In this document: in pieces, positions 48,231 through 59,650 of the stretch
Position numbering within the stretch: the first letter of the stretch is position 1
Layout: the number at the start of each line of letters is the position of its first letter
Source of the DNA: Patescibacteria group bacterium
GTDB lineage: Bacteria > Patescibacteriota > Saccharimonadia > UBA4664 > SCTI01
DNA length: 64,000 bases
Reading direction: 5' to 3'
Assembly (NCBI GenBank): GCA_004297735.1
Contig: SCTI01000001.1
Location: forward strand, 51,467 to 115,466
Translations under genes and position numbers: made by a program
Notes under the pieces: generated by a model
What the model saw: only the letters and a program-made list of their open reading frames with translations
What the model was told of the DNA's origin: nothing
The model's database searches: none

Positions 48231-49568
48231 ATGAACGCACAATTTTTACCAGCTATTAATCAAATTGCTGACGAAAAAGGCCTACCTCGAGATACCATTA
48301 TCGAGGCGGTTGAGGCTGCCCTGGCCGCTGCCTACAAAAAGGATTATGGCGAGAAGGATCAAGACGTCCGCGTATCGCTCAACCAAGATAGCGGTGACAT
48401 CCGCGTATTCATCCGCAAAGAGGTGGTAGCCGACGCGGACGCTAACGACGAGGAGTTTAATGAAAACGCCCAAGTGACGCTTAAGGAAGCCAAAAAAACC
48501 GATAAGGACGCCAAGGTTGGTACCGAGGATGAGCCGTACGTAGTGGAATACGAGGTTGATCCGGGCGAAGGTTTTGGACGTGTCGCCGCTCAAACCGCCA
48601 AGCAAGTGATCATCCAGCGTTTGCGCGAAGCCGAGCGCGAAATCATCTTTAACGAGTACACCGATAAGGTCGACACGTTGCTTAACGGTACGGTCCAGCG
48701 CATTGACGGTAATGTGGTTTACGTTGATATTGGCAAGACCAACGGAGTGCTGTTCGGTGGCGAGCAGATCCCGCACGAGCGCTACTACATTGGTCAGCGT
48801 CTTAAAGTGTACTTGGTGCGAGTTGAGCAGACCGCTCGTGGCCCACAGGTGGTACTAAGCCGGGCTCATGCCACGATGGTAGAGCGCTTGTTTGAGCTAG
48901 AAGTACCCGAGATTGAGACCGGTATGGTTGAGATTAAGGGCGTATCGCGCGAGGCCGGTACCCGCAGCAAGGTGGCGGTCAAGTCCAACAGCGACAGTGT
49001 TGATCCAGTGGGCACCTTTGTTGGTGGGCGCGGAGCTCGCGTCCAGGCCGTTATGGGTGAACTGGGCGAAGAGAAGATCGACATCATTCTATACAGTGAT
49101 GACCCAGAGACCTACATTATTAACGCGCTATCACCAACCAAGGTTATAAGTGTTGAGCTAGATGAAGATGAGCACAAAGCGGTGGTTAAGGTTCCGGAAG
49201 ATCAGCTGAGTCTGGCAATTGGTAAGCAGGGGCAGAACGTGCGCTTAGCCGCCAAGCTAACCGGTTGGAATATCGATATTGTAAGCGCGGATGAGTCCAA
49301 GGTTGAGGCGGTAGCCGAGGCCGCTGATGGTGATGAAACCGAGGCCGGTGAGCCTAAGTTGGCCCCTAAGAAGGGTAACAATCTTGAGGATTCGCTAATT
49401 GCCGCGGTGCAAAAGCAGGAAGGCGACAGCGACCCAGTTGAGACCGCTAAGGACGTGGCCGACGAGGTGGTTGCCTCCGGTGATACCACCGAGACTCCCG
49501 ATGACGAAACGGCGGGTGACGACGGCGAGACCGAGGCCGGCGACTCAGCCGATCCCGACGCAGCTTAA
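48231..49568 (+). CDS. nusA: Transcription termination/antitermination factor NusA with acidic tail
   Basis: FGRVAAQTAKQVIIQ, S1 and KH domains, LAIGKQGQNVRLAAKLTGW. Confidence 0.98.
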   Translation: MNAQFLPAINQIADEKGLPRDTIIEAVEAALAAAYKKDYGEKDQDVRVSLNQDSGDIRVFIRKEVVADADANDEEFNENAQVTLKEAKKTDKDAKVGTEDEPYVVEYEVDPGEGFGRVAAQTAKQVIIQRLREAEREIIFNEYTDKVDTLLNGTVQRIDGNVVYVDIGKTNGVLFGGEQIPHERYYIGQRLKVYLVRVEQTARGPQVVLSRAHATMVERLFELEVPEIETGMVEIKGVSREAGTRSKVAVKSNSDSVDPVGTFVGGRGARVQAVMGELGEEKIDIILYSDDPETYIINALSPTKVISVELDEDEHKAVVKVPEDQLSLAIGKQGQNVRLAAKLTGWNIDIVSADESKVEAVAEAADGDETEAGEPKLAPKKGNNLEDSLIAAVQKQEGDSDPVETAKDVADEVVASGDTTETPDDETAGDDGETEAGDSADPDAA

Positions 49569-49602
49569 ACGCTTAAGTTCATTAGCAATCGCTCTATGAG
49601 CC

Positions 49603-49630
49603 AAAAAACCACTCTTTTGGGTGGTTTTTT
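49603..49630 (+). terminator. Bidirectional intrinsic terminator
   Basis: AAAAAACCACTC-TTTT-GGGTGGTTTTTT. Confidence 0.85.
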
Positions 49631-49714
49631 GATGGATTCACACCCAGCCGGTGCTACAATACGATTAAGCAACCATGCGGCTGAGTGCACTCACATCTGG
49701 GATCGGTAAAACTA

Positions 49715-49741
49715 TTGGCACTCTATGCATGAGAGTGCTAA
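49715..49741 (+). promoter_or_regulatory. CIRCE element (HrcA operator) upstream of clpC
   Basis: TTGGCACTC-N9-GAGTGCTAA, one mismatch to the consensus TTAGCACTC-N9-GAGTGCTAA. Confidence 0.9.
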
Positions 49742-49802
49742 AATAGTAATAATATGACCAAAAGCATAGGGTACAGCTAAGTTAAGGGAAGGAGCTGCGT
49801 TT

Positions 49803-52286
49803 ATGGCAGTTGAGTTTGGTCCAGAGTTTGACCGTTTTACCGAAAATGCAAAACAAAGCCTGGTGCAGGCCGATGCAATTGCGCGGTCGATGTCGTCAAG
49901 TTATATTGGCACCGAACACATTTTGATGGGGGTGTTGCAGCAAGAGGGCTCAATTGGCTCAAAGATCTTGCGTAACGCCGGCGTGACCATGGACAAAGCC
50001 CACATGGTACTGAGTTTTTCACCCAAGATTATCACCCACGGACATAAAGGGTTGAGCCAGCTGGCCAAGAATACCTTGACGTTGTCGTGGCGAATCGCCC
50101 GCGAGTTTGGTCAGCCCTACTCCGGTACCGAACACATTCTATACGCTTTACTAAGCCAAAAAACCGCTCGATCAAACACAATTTTGCGCGAAATGCAGGT
50201 TGACCCTAACGTGATTCGCTCCGAGCTGGAAGGCTTTTTAAGTAGCCAGCAGTTTGCCGCCGAAGAGGCTCAATCTAGTAGTCGACGGTCAAACTCTAAG
50301 ACTCCAGCGTTGGACAGCTTTGGCGTGGACATGACAGCTAAGGCGGAGGCTGGTAATCTCGACCCAGTAGTGGGGAGAGAGCGTCAGATCGGCCGAGTTA
50401 TTGCGATTTTGAACCGTCGTTCTAAAAACAATCCGGTCTTAATTGGCGAGCCCGGTGTCGGTAAAACCGCCATCGTGGAGGGCTTGGCTCAAAAGATTGT
50501 GGCCGACGAGGTACCCGAGATGCTGCAGGATAAGCGCATCATCATGCTTGATCTTGCTAGCGTGATCGCTGGGACCAAATATCGTGGTGAGTTTGAGGAG
50601 CGACTGAAGAAGCTGCTTGACGAAGTGAAGGCCAATAAAGAGGTTATCTTGTTTATTGACGAGCTACATACGGTGGTTGGCGCCGGCGCGGCCGAAGGTG
50701 CAATTGACGCAGCCAACATCTTAAAGCCGGCTTTGAGCCGCGGCGAAATTCAAGTTATTGGCGCCACCACCTTAGAGGAATACCGCAAGCATATCGAAAA
50801 AGATTCGGCTTTAGAGCGGCGTTTTCAGTCGGTTCAGGTGCCCGAAGCAACGGTCGAGGAGACGATTCAGGTTTTGTACGGCTTGCGACCACGCTATGAG
50901 GATCATCACCGGGTTGAAATTACCGATGAGGCGATTGAGCAGGCGGCTAAGCTGGCCAAGCGCTACGTGGCCGATCGTTTTCTGCCCGACAAGGCGATCG
51001 ATCTAGTCGACGAGGCGGCAAGTTTGGTGCGGATTAAGCGGGGTGCCAGCAGTAAGCAGTTGCGCAACTTGCAGCGCCAGCTTTCGAGTATCCAGGAACG
51101 GATTGAAGATTCGGTGAACGAGCAGGACTTTGAGGAGGCTGCCCGGCTTAAAACGCGGGCTAGCGTACTCGAACAAAAGATCACCGCGGCCAAGGTGCGT
51201 GAAGGTCTAAATGATAATGATCTTAAGATTACAGCTGAGGATATTGCCAATGTTATTAGCGTAATGACCGGCATCCCGGTAACTCGCTTGATTGGTGTCG
51301 AAATGGAGCGCTTGATGCAGTTGGAGCGCCGTTTAAGTCAGCGCGTGGTGTCGCAACCCGAAGCGGTGTCGGCCATTGCTAAGGCGATTCGTCGTAGCCG
51401 AACCGGTATTAGTGATAGCCGCCGGCCAATTGGCTCATTCATCTTTTTGGGGCCGACCGGAGTGGGTAAGACCGAGCTCGCCAGAGTGTTGAGTGAGGAG
51501 ATGTTCCATAGTCGCGATGCGATGATTAAAATCGACATGAGCGAGTTCATGGAAAAACACAACGTTGCTCGATTGGTAGGCGCGCCAGCTGGATACGTGG
51601 GTTATGACGATGGCGGGCAGCTAACCGAGCGAGTGCGACGTAACCCGTACAGCTTGATCCTGTTTGACGAGATCGAGAAGGCTCATCCAGATGTATTCAA
51701 CATGCTGCTGCAGATACTAGAAGACGGCTACGCCACCGACGCCAAGGGTAAGCGGGTTGATTTTCGAAACACCATCATTATTATGACCAGCAATGTTGGT
51801 GCCGAAACCATGTACAAGCAGGCCAAGCTTGGGTTCCAGGCCGAAACCAAGAAAGAGGAGCAGGAACTGGATCGTCACCACGAACACGTTAAAGAGCAGG
51901 TTATGGGGTCACTTAAAAAGACCTTTCGCCCCGAGTTTTTAAACCGGATTGACGATGTGGTGGTGTTCCGCCCGCTGAGCAAGCTTGATATTAGGGAGAT
52001 CCTTAATTTACAGTTAAGCGATCTAGCCGGCCGCCTCGGTGAGCAAGGCTTAAGTATCCGCGTGTCTTCAACCGCTAAAAGTCTATTGATTGATAAGGGC
52101 TACAATGTCGATCAGGGCGCTCGTCCGATGCGTCGAGCGATTCAAGATATGATCGAGGATCCGCTGGCCATTGGCGTTCTTAAGGGTGAGTACAAAGAGG
52201 GCGATACCGTTAGTATTACTGCCAAGGGTGACGAGCTGGTGCTAAAAACGCTAGCGCCAAAGCCAAAAAGCGCCAAAGTCGCCTAG
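49803..52286 (+). CDS. clpC: ATP-dependent Clp protease ATP-binding subunit ClpC
   Basis: Clp-N repeats, two AAA domains ([16 protein letters not shown]), UVR-type middle domain, LGF loop. Confidence 0.95.
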   Translation: MAVEFGPEFDRFTENAKQSLVQADAIARSMSSSYIGTEHILMGVLQQEGSIGSKILRNAGVTMDKAHMVLSFSPKIITHGHKGLSQLAKNTLTLSWRIAREFGQPYSGTEHILYALLSQKTARSNTILREMQVDPNVIRSELEGFLSSQQFAAEEAQSSSRRSNSKTPALDSFGVDMTAKAEAGNLDPVVGRERQIGRVIAILNRRSKNNPVLIGEPGVGKTAIVEGLAQKIVADEVPEMLQDKRIIMLDLASVIAGTKYRGEFEERLKKLLDEVKANKEVILFIDELHTVVGAGAAEGAIDAANILKPALSRGEIQVIGATTLEEYRKHIEKDSALERRFQSVQVPEATVEETIQVLYGLRPRYEDHHRVEITDEAIEQAAKLAKRYVADRFLPDKAIDLVDEAASLVRIKRGASSKQLRNLQRQLSSIQERIEDSVNEQDFEEAARLKTRASVLEQKITAAKVREGLNDNDLKITAEDIANVISVMTGIPVTRLIGVEMERLMQLERRLSQRVVSQPEAVSAIAKAIRRSRTGISDSRRPIGSFIFLGPTGVGKTELARVLSEEMFHSRDAMIKIDMSEFMEKHNVARLVGAPAGYVGYDDGGQLTERVRRNPYSLILFDEIEKAHPDVFNMLLQILEDGYATDAKGKRVDFRNTIIIMTSNVGAETMYKQAKLGFQAETKKEEQELDRHHEHVKEQVMGSLKKTFRPEFLNRIDDVVVFRPLSKLDIREILNLQLSDLAGRLGEQGLSIRVSSTAKSLLIDKGYNVDQGARPMRRAIQDMIEDPLAIGVLKGEYKEGDTVSITAKGDELVLKTLAPKPKSAKVA

Positions 52287-52364
52287 CTTACTTTTAGGTA
52301 GTTAGAATTAAGAATTTTTTAATCTTTAGCTGCTATGCTGATAAAAATAAAGAGGGAGTTTAGC

Positions 52365-52640
52365 ATGGCAGGATTTACAAAAGAACAAAAACAAGAGTTG
52401 GTAGACATCGTAAAGCCCATGATCGATGAGCTAGCTCTCCAGATGGGGAAAGGCTTTAATGAGGTAACCGAACGATTCGCACGAATGGATGACCGGTTTG
52501 ACCGAATCGAGATTCGATTAGATAGGGTAGAGGGACGACTCGATAGTCTGGAATATAAGTTTGATCTAATGGACCAAAGGGTAACAAAGACCGAGGCAGC
52601 CGTAATTCACCATCGGCTGGTAGCTCAGGCAAAAGCTTAG
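52365..52640 (+). CDS. Small coiled-coil hypothetical protein
   Basis: Heptad repeats RFARMDDRFDRIEIRLDRVEGRLDSLE; GGGAG SD. Confidence 0.75.
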   Translation: MAGFTKEQKQELVDIVKPMIDELALQMGKGFNEVTERFARMDDRFDRIEIRLDRVEGRLDSLEYKFDLMDQRVTKTEAAVIHHRLVAQAKA

Positions 52641-52688
52641 TTCGCTTTTTGTTCGCTTTTAAATTCAAGCTATGCTAGCATAGAAACA

Positions 52689-54029
52689 ATGGCAAAAACG
52701 GTTACTCAGTATGTTTGTCAAAACTGCGGCGCTACTTATTCTAAGTGGGCGGGTAAGTGTGATCAGTGCGATAGCTGGAACAGCTTGGTGGAATCGGTAG
52801 CGACGGTAGCCGGTGCAACCACCAAGAAGGGTAATGCGGTTGCCGCCCTGCGCCCCGAAAAGCTAAGTGAGGTGGCCACTAAAAAGCTGCCACGAATTAG
52901 TGCCGGCGTCGAAGAGGTTGATCAGGTTTTGGGTGGCGGAATTGTACCTGGTTCGGTACTGCTGCTTTCGGGGGATCCAGGAATTGGTAAGTCAACGCTG
53001 GTGCTACAGGTTGCTGCCGCCATCGCCGCAAATAAATCGGTACTGTATGTTAGCGGCGAGGAGTCAACCAGCCAGGTCAAGTTGAGAGCTGATCGCTTAG
53101 GAGTTGCCGCCGAGCAGCTGGCTTTGCTGTCCGAAACCAACGTCGATGGTATCGCGGCAACTATGGCTAGCGGTGAATACGACCTGGTTATTATCGACTC
53201 AATTCAAACCATGGCAACCGACGATCTGACCGGTAGCCCAGGTACGGTGGGTCAGATTACAGCCTCGGCGCAGCGGTTACAGCAGGTGGCTAAGGCGCAG
53301 CACGTGGCAACAATTATTATCGGTCACGTTACCAAGGAGGGGACAATTGCCGGGCCTAAGATTTTGGAGCACCTGGTTGACGTTGTACTCTATCTGGAGG
53401 GTGACCGGTATGGCTCGTTTAAGGCTTTGCGTGGCATAAAAAACCGGTTTGGTTCAACCAGCGAGGTGGGTATTTTTGAGATGGGCGATAAGGGTTTAAT
53501 ACCGGTACCGAACCCCTCCGCCGCTCTTCTGGCTGAACGCCAGGAGGCGCCCGGATCGGCGGTACTGGCTACAGTTGAGGGAACGCGTCCGATTTTGGTC
53601 GAGGTTCAAGCTTTGGTGTCAAAATCGGTATTTGGTTATCCCAAACGAACCGCCTCCGGATTTGACCTTAATCGCCTTAATTTACTGGTGGCGGTGCTTA
53701 CTAAACGAGCTGGTTTAAACTTGAGTGATCAAGACATTTATGTTAATATAATAGGCGGATTGAAAATCACTGAACCGGCAGCTGATCTAGCAATTATTCT
53801 GGCGATCGCCTCGGCGTTTAAGAATACGCCCATCGCTCATAATCTTATTGCTTTTGGCGAAGTTGGCCTAAGTGGTGAGATCCGTTCGGTGAGTAATGTA
53901 TCAGCCCGACTGGCTGAGGCAAAAAAGCTCGGTTTTCGATATGCAGTTGGCCCATCGCGCCAACCAACCAAAGATATGAGTCAAGTTAAGACCATTAAAC
54001 AAGCAATCGAAGCCGCCTTACCGGCATAA
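52689..54029 (+). CDS. radA: DNA repair protein RadA/Sms
   Basis: C4 zinc finger, [14 protein letters not shown], Lon-like C-terminus. Confidence 0.97.
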   Translation: MAKTVTQYVCQNCGATYSKWAGKCDQCDSWNSLVESVATVAGATTKKGNAVAALRPEKLSEVATKKLPRISAGVEEVDQVLGGGIVPGSVLLLSGDPGIGKSTLVLQVAAAIAANKSVLYVSGEESTSQVKLRADRLGVAAEQLALLSETNVDGIAATMASGEYDLVIIDSIQTMATDDLTGSPGTVGQITASAQRLQQVAKAQHVATIIIGHVTKEGTIAGPKILEHLVDVVLYLEGDRYGSFKALRGIKNRFGSTSEVGIFEMGDKGLIPVPNPSAALLAERQEAPGSAVLATVEGTRPILVEVQALVSKSVFGYPKRTASGFDLNRLNLLVAVLTKRAGLNLSDQDIYVNIIGGLKITEPAADLAIILAIASAFKNTPIAHNLIAFGEVGLSGEIRSVSNVSARLAEAKKLGFRYAVGPSRQPTKDMSQVKTIKQAIEAALPA

Positions 54030-54091
54030 CAATAGGAACTTATAACATAATAGCGGCTGACCTATTGCAGCCAAGGAGATATATTGTACCT

Positions 54092-55009
54092 ATGATTTTT
54101 AAACGTAATTCTGATAAATCCGACGAACCGAGCTCTATCCCATCCGCTCAAAGCGGTGCCGCTTTGGTTGATACCTCGGTTATTATTGACGCCCGTATCG
54201 CTGACATCGCCAAAGCCGGTTTTGCTCCAGGCAAGCTACTGATCCCACGCTTTGTATTAGCTGAGCTGCAGAACATTGCCGACTCAAGTGACGCCATGCG
54301 TCGTGGACGCGGTCGTCGCGGGCTAGAGACGCTCAACACCATGCGCGACAACGGTGTAGACATGGAAGTGATTGAGGATGATGTTTCGGATATCCCCGAA
54401 GTTGACGCTAAGTTGGTGCGACTTGGTCGTACTCATGGCGTGAGCGTCCTTACCACCGACTACAACCTTAACCGCGTGGCCAGCATTGAAGGTGTGCGAG
54501 TGCTTAACATTAACGAGCTAGCTAATGCGGTGCGACCGGTTATTTTGCCAGGAGAGCATATGCAGATCAAGGTGGTTCAGCCGGGCAAGGAGCGCGGCCA
54601 GGGTGTTGGCTACCTAGCCGACGGTACCATGGTGGTGGTTGATAGCGGCGATAAGCTGATCGGCCAGGAGGTTGATGTCGAGATCACCCGGGTGTTCCAA
54701 ACCGTTGCTGGGAAGATGCTGTTTTCGGTACCTCAGGGTGTTAAGCCCCAGGGTGACGGCAAGGCTTCGCGCAAGCTAACTAAGGCCGAGATTCCGCAGC
54801 AACCAAGCAATGGCCGCAGTAATGGAGATCGCCCCAAGCGTGGCCCCAAGCCAGATAATGGCAAAAACGGTCGCCCACAGGGACCTAAGGCACAGACAGA
54901 CTCAAGGCCACAACCAAACAAGGATCGAGCAGAACGTCGTCCGCGTAAACGAGTTAGCCCAACTCAGCGGCTAGAAGATAGCTTGCTTGAGATGACCAAG
55001 GCCGAGTAA
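54092..55009 (+). CDS. PIN/TRAM domain protein (YacL-like, lacking N-terminal TMs) with basic disordered tail
   Basis: [17 protein letters not shown] and [19 protein letters not shown] motifs; follows radA. Confidence 0.92.
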   Translation: MIFKRNSDKSDEPSSIPSAQSGAALVDTSVIIDARIADIAKAGFAPGKLLIPRFVLAELQNIADSSDAMRRGRGRRGLETLNTMRDNGVDMEVIEDDVSDIPEVDAKLVRLGRTHGVSVLTTDYNLNRVASIEGVRVLNINELANAVRPVILPGEHMQIKVVQPGKERGQGVGYLADGTMVVVDSGDKLIGQEVDVEITRVFQTVAGKMLFSVPQGVKPQGDGKASRKLTKAEIPQQPSNGRSNGDRPKRGPKPDNGKNGRPQGPKAQTDSRPQPNKDRAERRPRKRVSPTQRLEDSLLEMTKAE

Positions 55010-55052
55010 ATAATCTGGCTGTCCAAAGCCGAAACCATTCAAGCCATAAAGC

Positions 55053-55298
55053 TTATTGCACCACAAATATTCGAGTAGGCGTGGTGGACCCGCCAGAATC
55101 TACGTTCCAAGTATAAGTCCCTTTGGTGAGGGGCGCGTTAACTGTGACCGAGGTACTTTTGAGGTTTGGGTAGCTCGGGCTGCCTCCGGGACCGCTAATA
55201 TGTAGACGGTATACGCCATTACCCCCGGGCGACCAGCTAAAGGTCGTTGCTGCGCCGCTATGGAGTTTGGCCTGGTTGGCAGGGCTGATTACCACAAA
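55053..55298 (-). other. Ig/FN3-like domain-coding frame that continues the PBP gene in the +1 frame
   Basis: FVVISPANQ…TFSWS…YRLHI…TSVTV…GTYTWNV is protein-like and joins the PBP frame at TCC TTT T (55294-55302). Confidence 0.65.
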
Positions 55299-57912
55299 AG
55301 GAGGCGCCGCCGGCACTACCCCCAGAGGCCACGGTTACGGTTGTTTCACTACTGCCGCTATAAAGTGCGGCGTCGGTTACGACTGCTCGCAGCGTGTAGC
55401 TGCCGGCTGGTGGAGAGTTGGTAAAGTTGTAGGTGGTTGAGCCGCTAATCTCCTGGGTGGAAATTATTTGGTCGTTAAGATACACCGTTAAGCTTTTAAG
55501 CGGGTGTGTCCCCTGGACCACGTTCACGCTAATTTGAATTGGTCCGGTTCCGGTAGCGCTAATCTGGGCGGTCGGTTTAATATCGGTACATTTGTGGACG
55601 TCATCTTTGTCGACTGGGATGGCTCCACCGCTGGTGTAACCGAGCGTACGCGCCAGGGCAGCAATCGGAGGAAACCACTTACTGTACTGTGGGTCGCTGG
55701 GCGGAACCTCGGCGCTAATCTGGGCGGTCGTAACGGTCTCAACCGCTTCGGGTGGGGTACATTCGGTTGCGAGCTTGCCGCTAACTTTATCAACCTGACC
55801 GGTTTGGGTGCCCGCAACGTTTTCTGGTCGATACCAGCTAGGGAAGATGTCGGTGCGGCGCTGCTTGGTTGAGGCGGTTGGGAGCTTACCGGTATTGGCA
55901 TCCAGGGTTACCTCTTTAATACCGCTTGGTTTGGTGAACTCCTTGTTAGGGTACCCCTGCAGGGCTGACTTCATATAGGTGTTCCAAATCGGCGCCGATA
56001 CCGTGCTGGCCGACGAGGTCATTGGTTTGTTGTTGTTATTTCCGGCCCAAACGCCTGTTACTAAATCGGGGGTATAGCCCATAGTCCAGGCATCATTGTA
56101 GTTTTCGGTGGTACCGGTTTTAGCTGCCACGGTCCGCCCCGGAATAACCAGCGGGTTGTTGGCGCCAAAGATGTAGCTGCGAGCTTTGTTGTCGCTCAGG
56201 ATACTAGAGATCAAGTAAGGAATTTGAGGATCAAGCGCTTTTTTACCCTTTGGCTTTTCGTTATCTTCAACCACCTTATTGTTGGGGTCGGTTACCTTTA
56301 GGATTGGGGTGGCATCGTAATGGGTGCCGCCGTTAGCGAAACTTTCGTAGGCATTAACCATCTCGTTCAGCTTAACCTCGCCCGAACCAAGTACCAAGCT
56401 CAAGCCGTAGGTGCTTGGGGACTCATTGAGCGTGGTGATGCCCAGGTCTTTAGCGGTTTTAAGCGATTCAGGAATACCGGCCAGCCAGAGCATCTTAACC
56501 GCTGGGATGTTGAGCGAGCCAGCCAGCGCGGTACGAACCGACTGGACCCCATAAAACTTGCCGGTGTAGTTTTTTGGCTTATAGTTACCAAAGTCGGTTT
56601 GAACGTCGTAGATGGTACTGCCGGGCCCCCAGTTCTTTTTAAAGCCGGTGGCGTAAACAATTGGCTTAAAGCTAGAACCAGGCTGGCGCTTGGCCAGAGC
56701 GACGTTAAAGTCTCCATAATCCGGGTCGTTATAGTCATACGAGCCAACCATGGCTAAGACCTGGCCGGTCTTAGGGTCGGCCGAGACCAAAGCAGCATTT
56801 GATCCGCCGAGCCGCCGCACATTGGTCATATTCTTTTTAATAGCTTCCTCGGCCTGCTTTTGCTTTTCGATATCAAGTGAGGTGATTACCTTGAGCCCAC
56901 CATCCTCTACCTGCCGAACGCCATACTTGGCCTCCAGATACTCTTGAGCGTAGCGGGCAAAGTGAGGGAAGTCGGTTTTTTGGGTGGCAATCTTGGGGAC
57001 CGGCGATAGGTTCAGTTTGGCAACCAGGTTGTCCAAAGATGGCCCGCCCTGAATCTTGGCGGCATCGGCCTCCTGCTGGCTAATCTTCTTTTGCTCCACC
57101 ATGCGATCCAGTACGGTGTGCTGGCGAGCAATTAAGGCGTCACGGTTCTGGCCGTAAGGTGAGTAGTAGGTGGGCAGCTGCGGTATCGAAGCTAGGGTAG
57201 CCGATTGGGCTAAAGTCAGGTTTTTGGCACACTTGTCACCTTGAATATTTTGAGGGAAGTAGGTGCGACAGGCCGACTCAACCCCGTAGGCCTGTGAGCC
57301 GTAAGGGATCTCATTGAGGTATAGCTTAAGGATGTCATCTTTTTTATAGAGCTGTTCAATCTCGAAGGCTAAAATTAGCTCTTTGATCTTGCGAGTATAG
57401 GATCGCTCAGGTGTAAGCAGAGCGTTCTTAACGTACTGCTGGGTGATGGTTGAGCCACCGCCCCTAGTTGGATCGCGGAACAAAATCCCAGTAAAGGCGC
57501 GACCAACTCCCATAAAACTAAAGGCACCGTGCTTGTAAAAATCCTTGTCCTCAATTGCTACGGTGGCGTCCTTAATGCTCTGCGGCATTTCCTGGAACTC
57601 GATTACCTTACGGTTCTTGTCGCCGTGGACCTCAAAAATCTTGGTCTGACCGGTGCGATCATAAAAAACGGTGTTTTGGGAGCCGATCCGAGCGTTAATT
57701 TTTCCGGGGCTAGGAAGATCTTTGGCAAAGTAAGCCAAAACCAGGAACATAGCCAAAAAACCGGCCCCGGCAATCTTGCCGGCCCGCTTGGCGCCCTCAG
57801 CGTTTAGCCAATAGCGCTTAAAGTTACTAGGAGTTAAGAAAGACGCCCCGAAGCGCTTGGCGCGGCCGGCAAAGCTGCGATCACTGGAGCGGATAACCCG
57901 TCGTTTAGCCAT
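55258..57912 (-). CDS. Class A penicillin-binding protein (PBP1A family)
   Basis: EDKDFYKH and GGSTITQQ (transglycosylase); SSFK, SLN and KTG (transpeptidase). Confidence 0.96.
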   Translation of the reverse strand: MAKRRVIRSSDRSFAGRAKRFGASFLTPSNFKRYWLNAEGAKRAGKIAGAGFLAMFLVLAYFAKDLPSPGKINARIGSQNTVFYDRTGQTKIFEVHGDKNRKVIEFQEMPQSIKDATVAIEDKDFYKHGAFSFMGVGRAFTGILFRDPTRGGGSTITQQYVKNALLTPERSYTRKIKELILAFEIEQLYKKDDILKLYLNEIPYGSQAYGVESACRTYFPQNIQGDKCAKNLTLAQSATLASIPQLPTYYSPYGQNRDALIARQHTVLDRMVEQKKISQQEADAAKIQGGPSLDNLVAKLNLSPVPKIATQKTDFPHFARYAQEYLEAKYGVRQVEDGGLKVITSLDIEKQKQAEEAIKKNMTNVRRLGGSNAALVSADPKTGQVLAMVGSYDYNDPDYGDFNVALAKRQPGSSFKPIVYATGFKKNWGPGSTIYDVQTDFGNYKPKNYTGKFYGVQSVRTALAGSLNIPAVKMLWLAGIPESLKTAKDLGITTLNESPSTYGLSLVLGSGEVKLNEMVNAYESFANGGTHYDATPILKVTDPNNKVVEDNEKPKGKKALDPQIPYLISSILSDNKARSYIFGANNPLVIPGRTVAAKTGTTENYNDAWTMGYTPDLVTGVWAGNNNNKPMTSSASTVSAPIWNTYMKSALQGYPNKEFTKPSGIKEVTLDANTGKLPTASTKQRRTDIFPSWYRPENVAGTQTGQVDKVSGKLATECTPPEAVETVTTAQISAEVPPSDPQYSKWFPPIAALARTLGYTSGGAIPVDKDDVHKCTDIKPTAQISATGTGPIQISVNVVQGTHPLKSLTVYLNDQIISTQEISGSTTYNFTNSPPAGSYTLRAVVTDAALYSGSSETTVTVASGGSAGGASFCGNQPCQPGQTP

Positions 57913-58054
57913 GTAATGGTGTGCTCATAATTGTAGAGCTATTATACCGTTTTGGCGCTCACCAGCCAAGCCAATATGCTTAAGGTTGCAATCGGGTGCA
58001 GAGATTGTAAAATTGGTCCAAGTTCTTCAACAACTACCTAGGGGATAATCTTCC

Positions 58055-58393
58055 TTGAGCCATACGACAAGTATTGATCTTTCGGCAGGCCCGACCGAGA
58101 TTCGCCAACATCACGTCAACACCGAGGTGGCCGGCTGGACAGTTCGAGTCTGGGCATTCGGCTCCGATGCAGTTACGCCGCGATGTGTTGCCCTGCTCAT
58201 CGAGTCCGCGAACGGTGATCGGGAGGTTCTCGATTTCACTCAGCCGGGCATGCGCCGGGCAATTCAGCTGGCGTCAGCTCCGACTCAGGCTTTCACCGAA
58301 GAGGCCTTCAACGAGTGGCGCGATAACACGCGGCGGCTCCCGGGTGTCACTCCGCTCGATGTCATCCTCCCATCCACCGCCTCTCAGCGCTAG
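58055..58393 (+). CDS. Orphan hypothetical protein
   Basis: TTGCAA…TAAAAT promoter, GGGGA SD, TTG start, 3' hairpin at 58377-58404. Confidence 0.55.
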   Translation: MSHTTSIDLSAGPTEIRQHHVNTEVAGWTVRVWAFGSDAVTPRCVALLIESANGDREVLDFTQPGMRRAIQLASAPTQAFTEEAFNEWRDNTRRLPGVTPLDVILPSTASQR

Positions 58394-58458
58394 CTGAGGG
58401 GCGGTTGCCCTTTTAACCCAAGAAGATCAAAGTCAACCGCTATGCTATGATAAAAACC

Positions 58459-59643
58459 ATGAAAGACGTTATTTTAAGCCGCGCCCAAGACATTATCGTC
58501 AAATCAGAAGTCGAACAGGCATTATCCAGCGACCAAAAACTTCGTATTAAACTTGGTATCGACCCAACCGGTCCGGTACTTCATTTGGGGCGGGCATCAG
58601 TTGTTCGCCGCCTAAAGAACCTACAAGATATGGGTCACCAGATCGTTCTGATCGTGGGCGATTTTACCGCTAAGATCGGTGATGCTTCCGATAAAACCAG
58701 CGAGCGTCAGGTACTCAGTGACGATGTCATTAAGGCCAACATGGCCGACTATAAGGCTCAGCTCGGCCAAATTCTCGATATGAGCAAGGTTGAGTTTCAT
58801 TACAACTCGGAGTGGCTGAGCAAAATCCCGCTCGATAAGTTTATTGAGTTGGCCCAGCAGTTTACGGTGGCGCAGATGATTGAGCGCGAAAACTACGCCA
58901 TTCGGTTTAAAGAAAATCGACCGATTGGCCTACATGAGTTTCTCTACCCAATTCTGCAGGGTTATGACTCGATTGCGGTTAAGGCGGATATTGAAATTGG
59001 CGGCACCGATCAGCTGTTTAACCTAATGGCTGGGCGCACCATGCAAAAGAACGCCGGCCAAAAGCCTCAAAGCGTGCTCACCTTTGAGCTGCTGACCGGT
59101 CCAGACGGCCGCAAGATGTCGACCAGTTGGGGTAACGCCATCTATATTACCGACGAGCCAAACGACATGTACGGCAAGTTGATGCGTATTAATGATGAGT
59201 TAATTGCCGAGTACTATCGGATCTGTACCGATGTGCCACTTGATGTGATTGAACAGGTGGTAGACGATATTGCCGGTGGCGCCAACCCGCGTGACACCAA
59301 GGCCTCGCTCGCGCGCGAGATCGTGACGATTTACCACGGCGAAAAGGCCGCGTTTGCAGCTGAGGAGGCGTTTAACGCTCAGTTCCGCGAGGGCAAGTTG
59401 CCTGAGGATATGGCCGAGGAGACCGTCAGTAAGAGTAAATGGCAGCCGATAGAGTTGTTAGTGGCGCTGAAATTAGCTGAGAGTAAATCTGATGCTAGAC
59501 GATTATTGGAACAAGGAGGAGTTCGCCTGAATGGCGTGCAGATCAAGCAGGAGCGTACGAAAACCTCTGAAATTACTGTTGAGCCGGATGACGTCATCCA
59601 GGTTGGTAAACGCCGTTTCGTGAAGCTTCGGGTTAAGGGCTAG
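58459..59643 (+). CDS. tyrS: Tyrosine--tRNA ligase
   Basis: KLGIDPT…LHLG, GGTDQLFN, KMSTS, C-terminal S4 domain. Confidence 0.97.
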   Translation: MKDVILSRAQDIIVKSEVEQALSSDQKLRIKLGIDPTGPVLHLGRASVVRRLKNLQDMGHQIVLIVGDFTAKIGDASDKTSERQVLSDDVIKANMADYKAQLGQILDMSKVEFHYNSEWLSKIPLDKFIELAQQFTVAQMIERENYAIRFKENRPIGLHEFLYPILQGYDSIAVKADIEIGGTDQLFNLMAGRTMQKNAGQKPQSVLTFELLTGPDGRKMSTSWGNAIYITDEPNDMYGKLMRINDELIAEYYRICTDVPLDVIEQVVDDIAGGANPRDTKASLAREIVTIYHGEKAAFAAEEAFNAQFREGKLPEDMAEETVSKSKWQPIELLVALKLAESKSDARRLLEQGGVRLNGVQIKQERTKTSEITVEPDDVIQVGKRRFVKLRVKG

Positions 59644-59650
59644 TTTTTCT

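Noticed and set aside
52480-52600. Tandem repeat-like DNA in the small gene between clpC and radA
   Set aside because: Protein-level heptad coiled-coil periodicity with divergent codons, not a DNA repeat array
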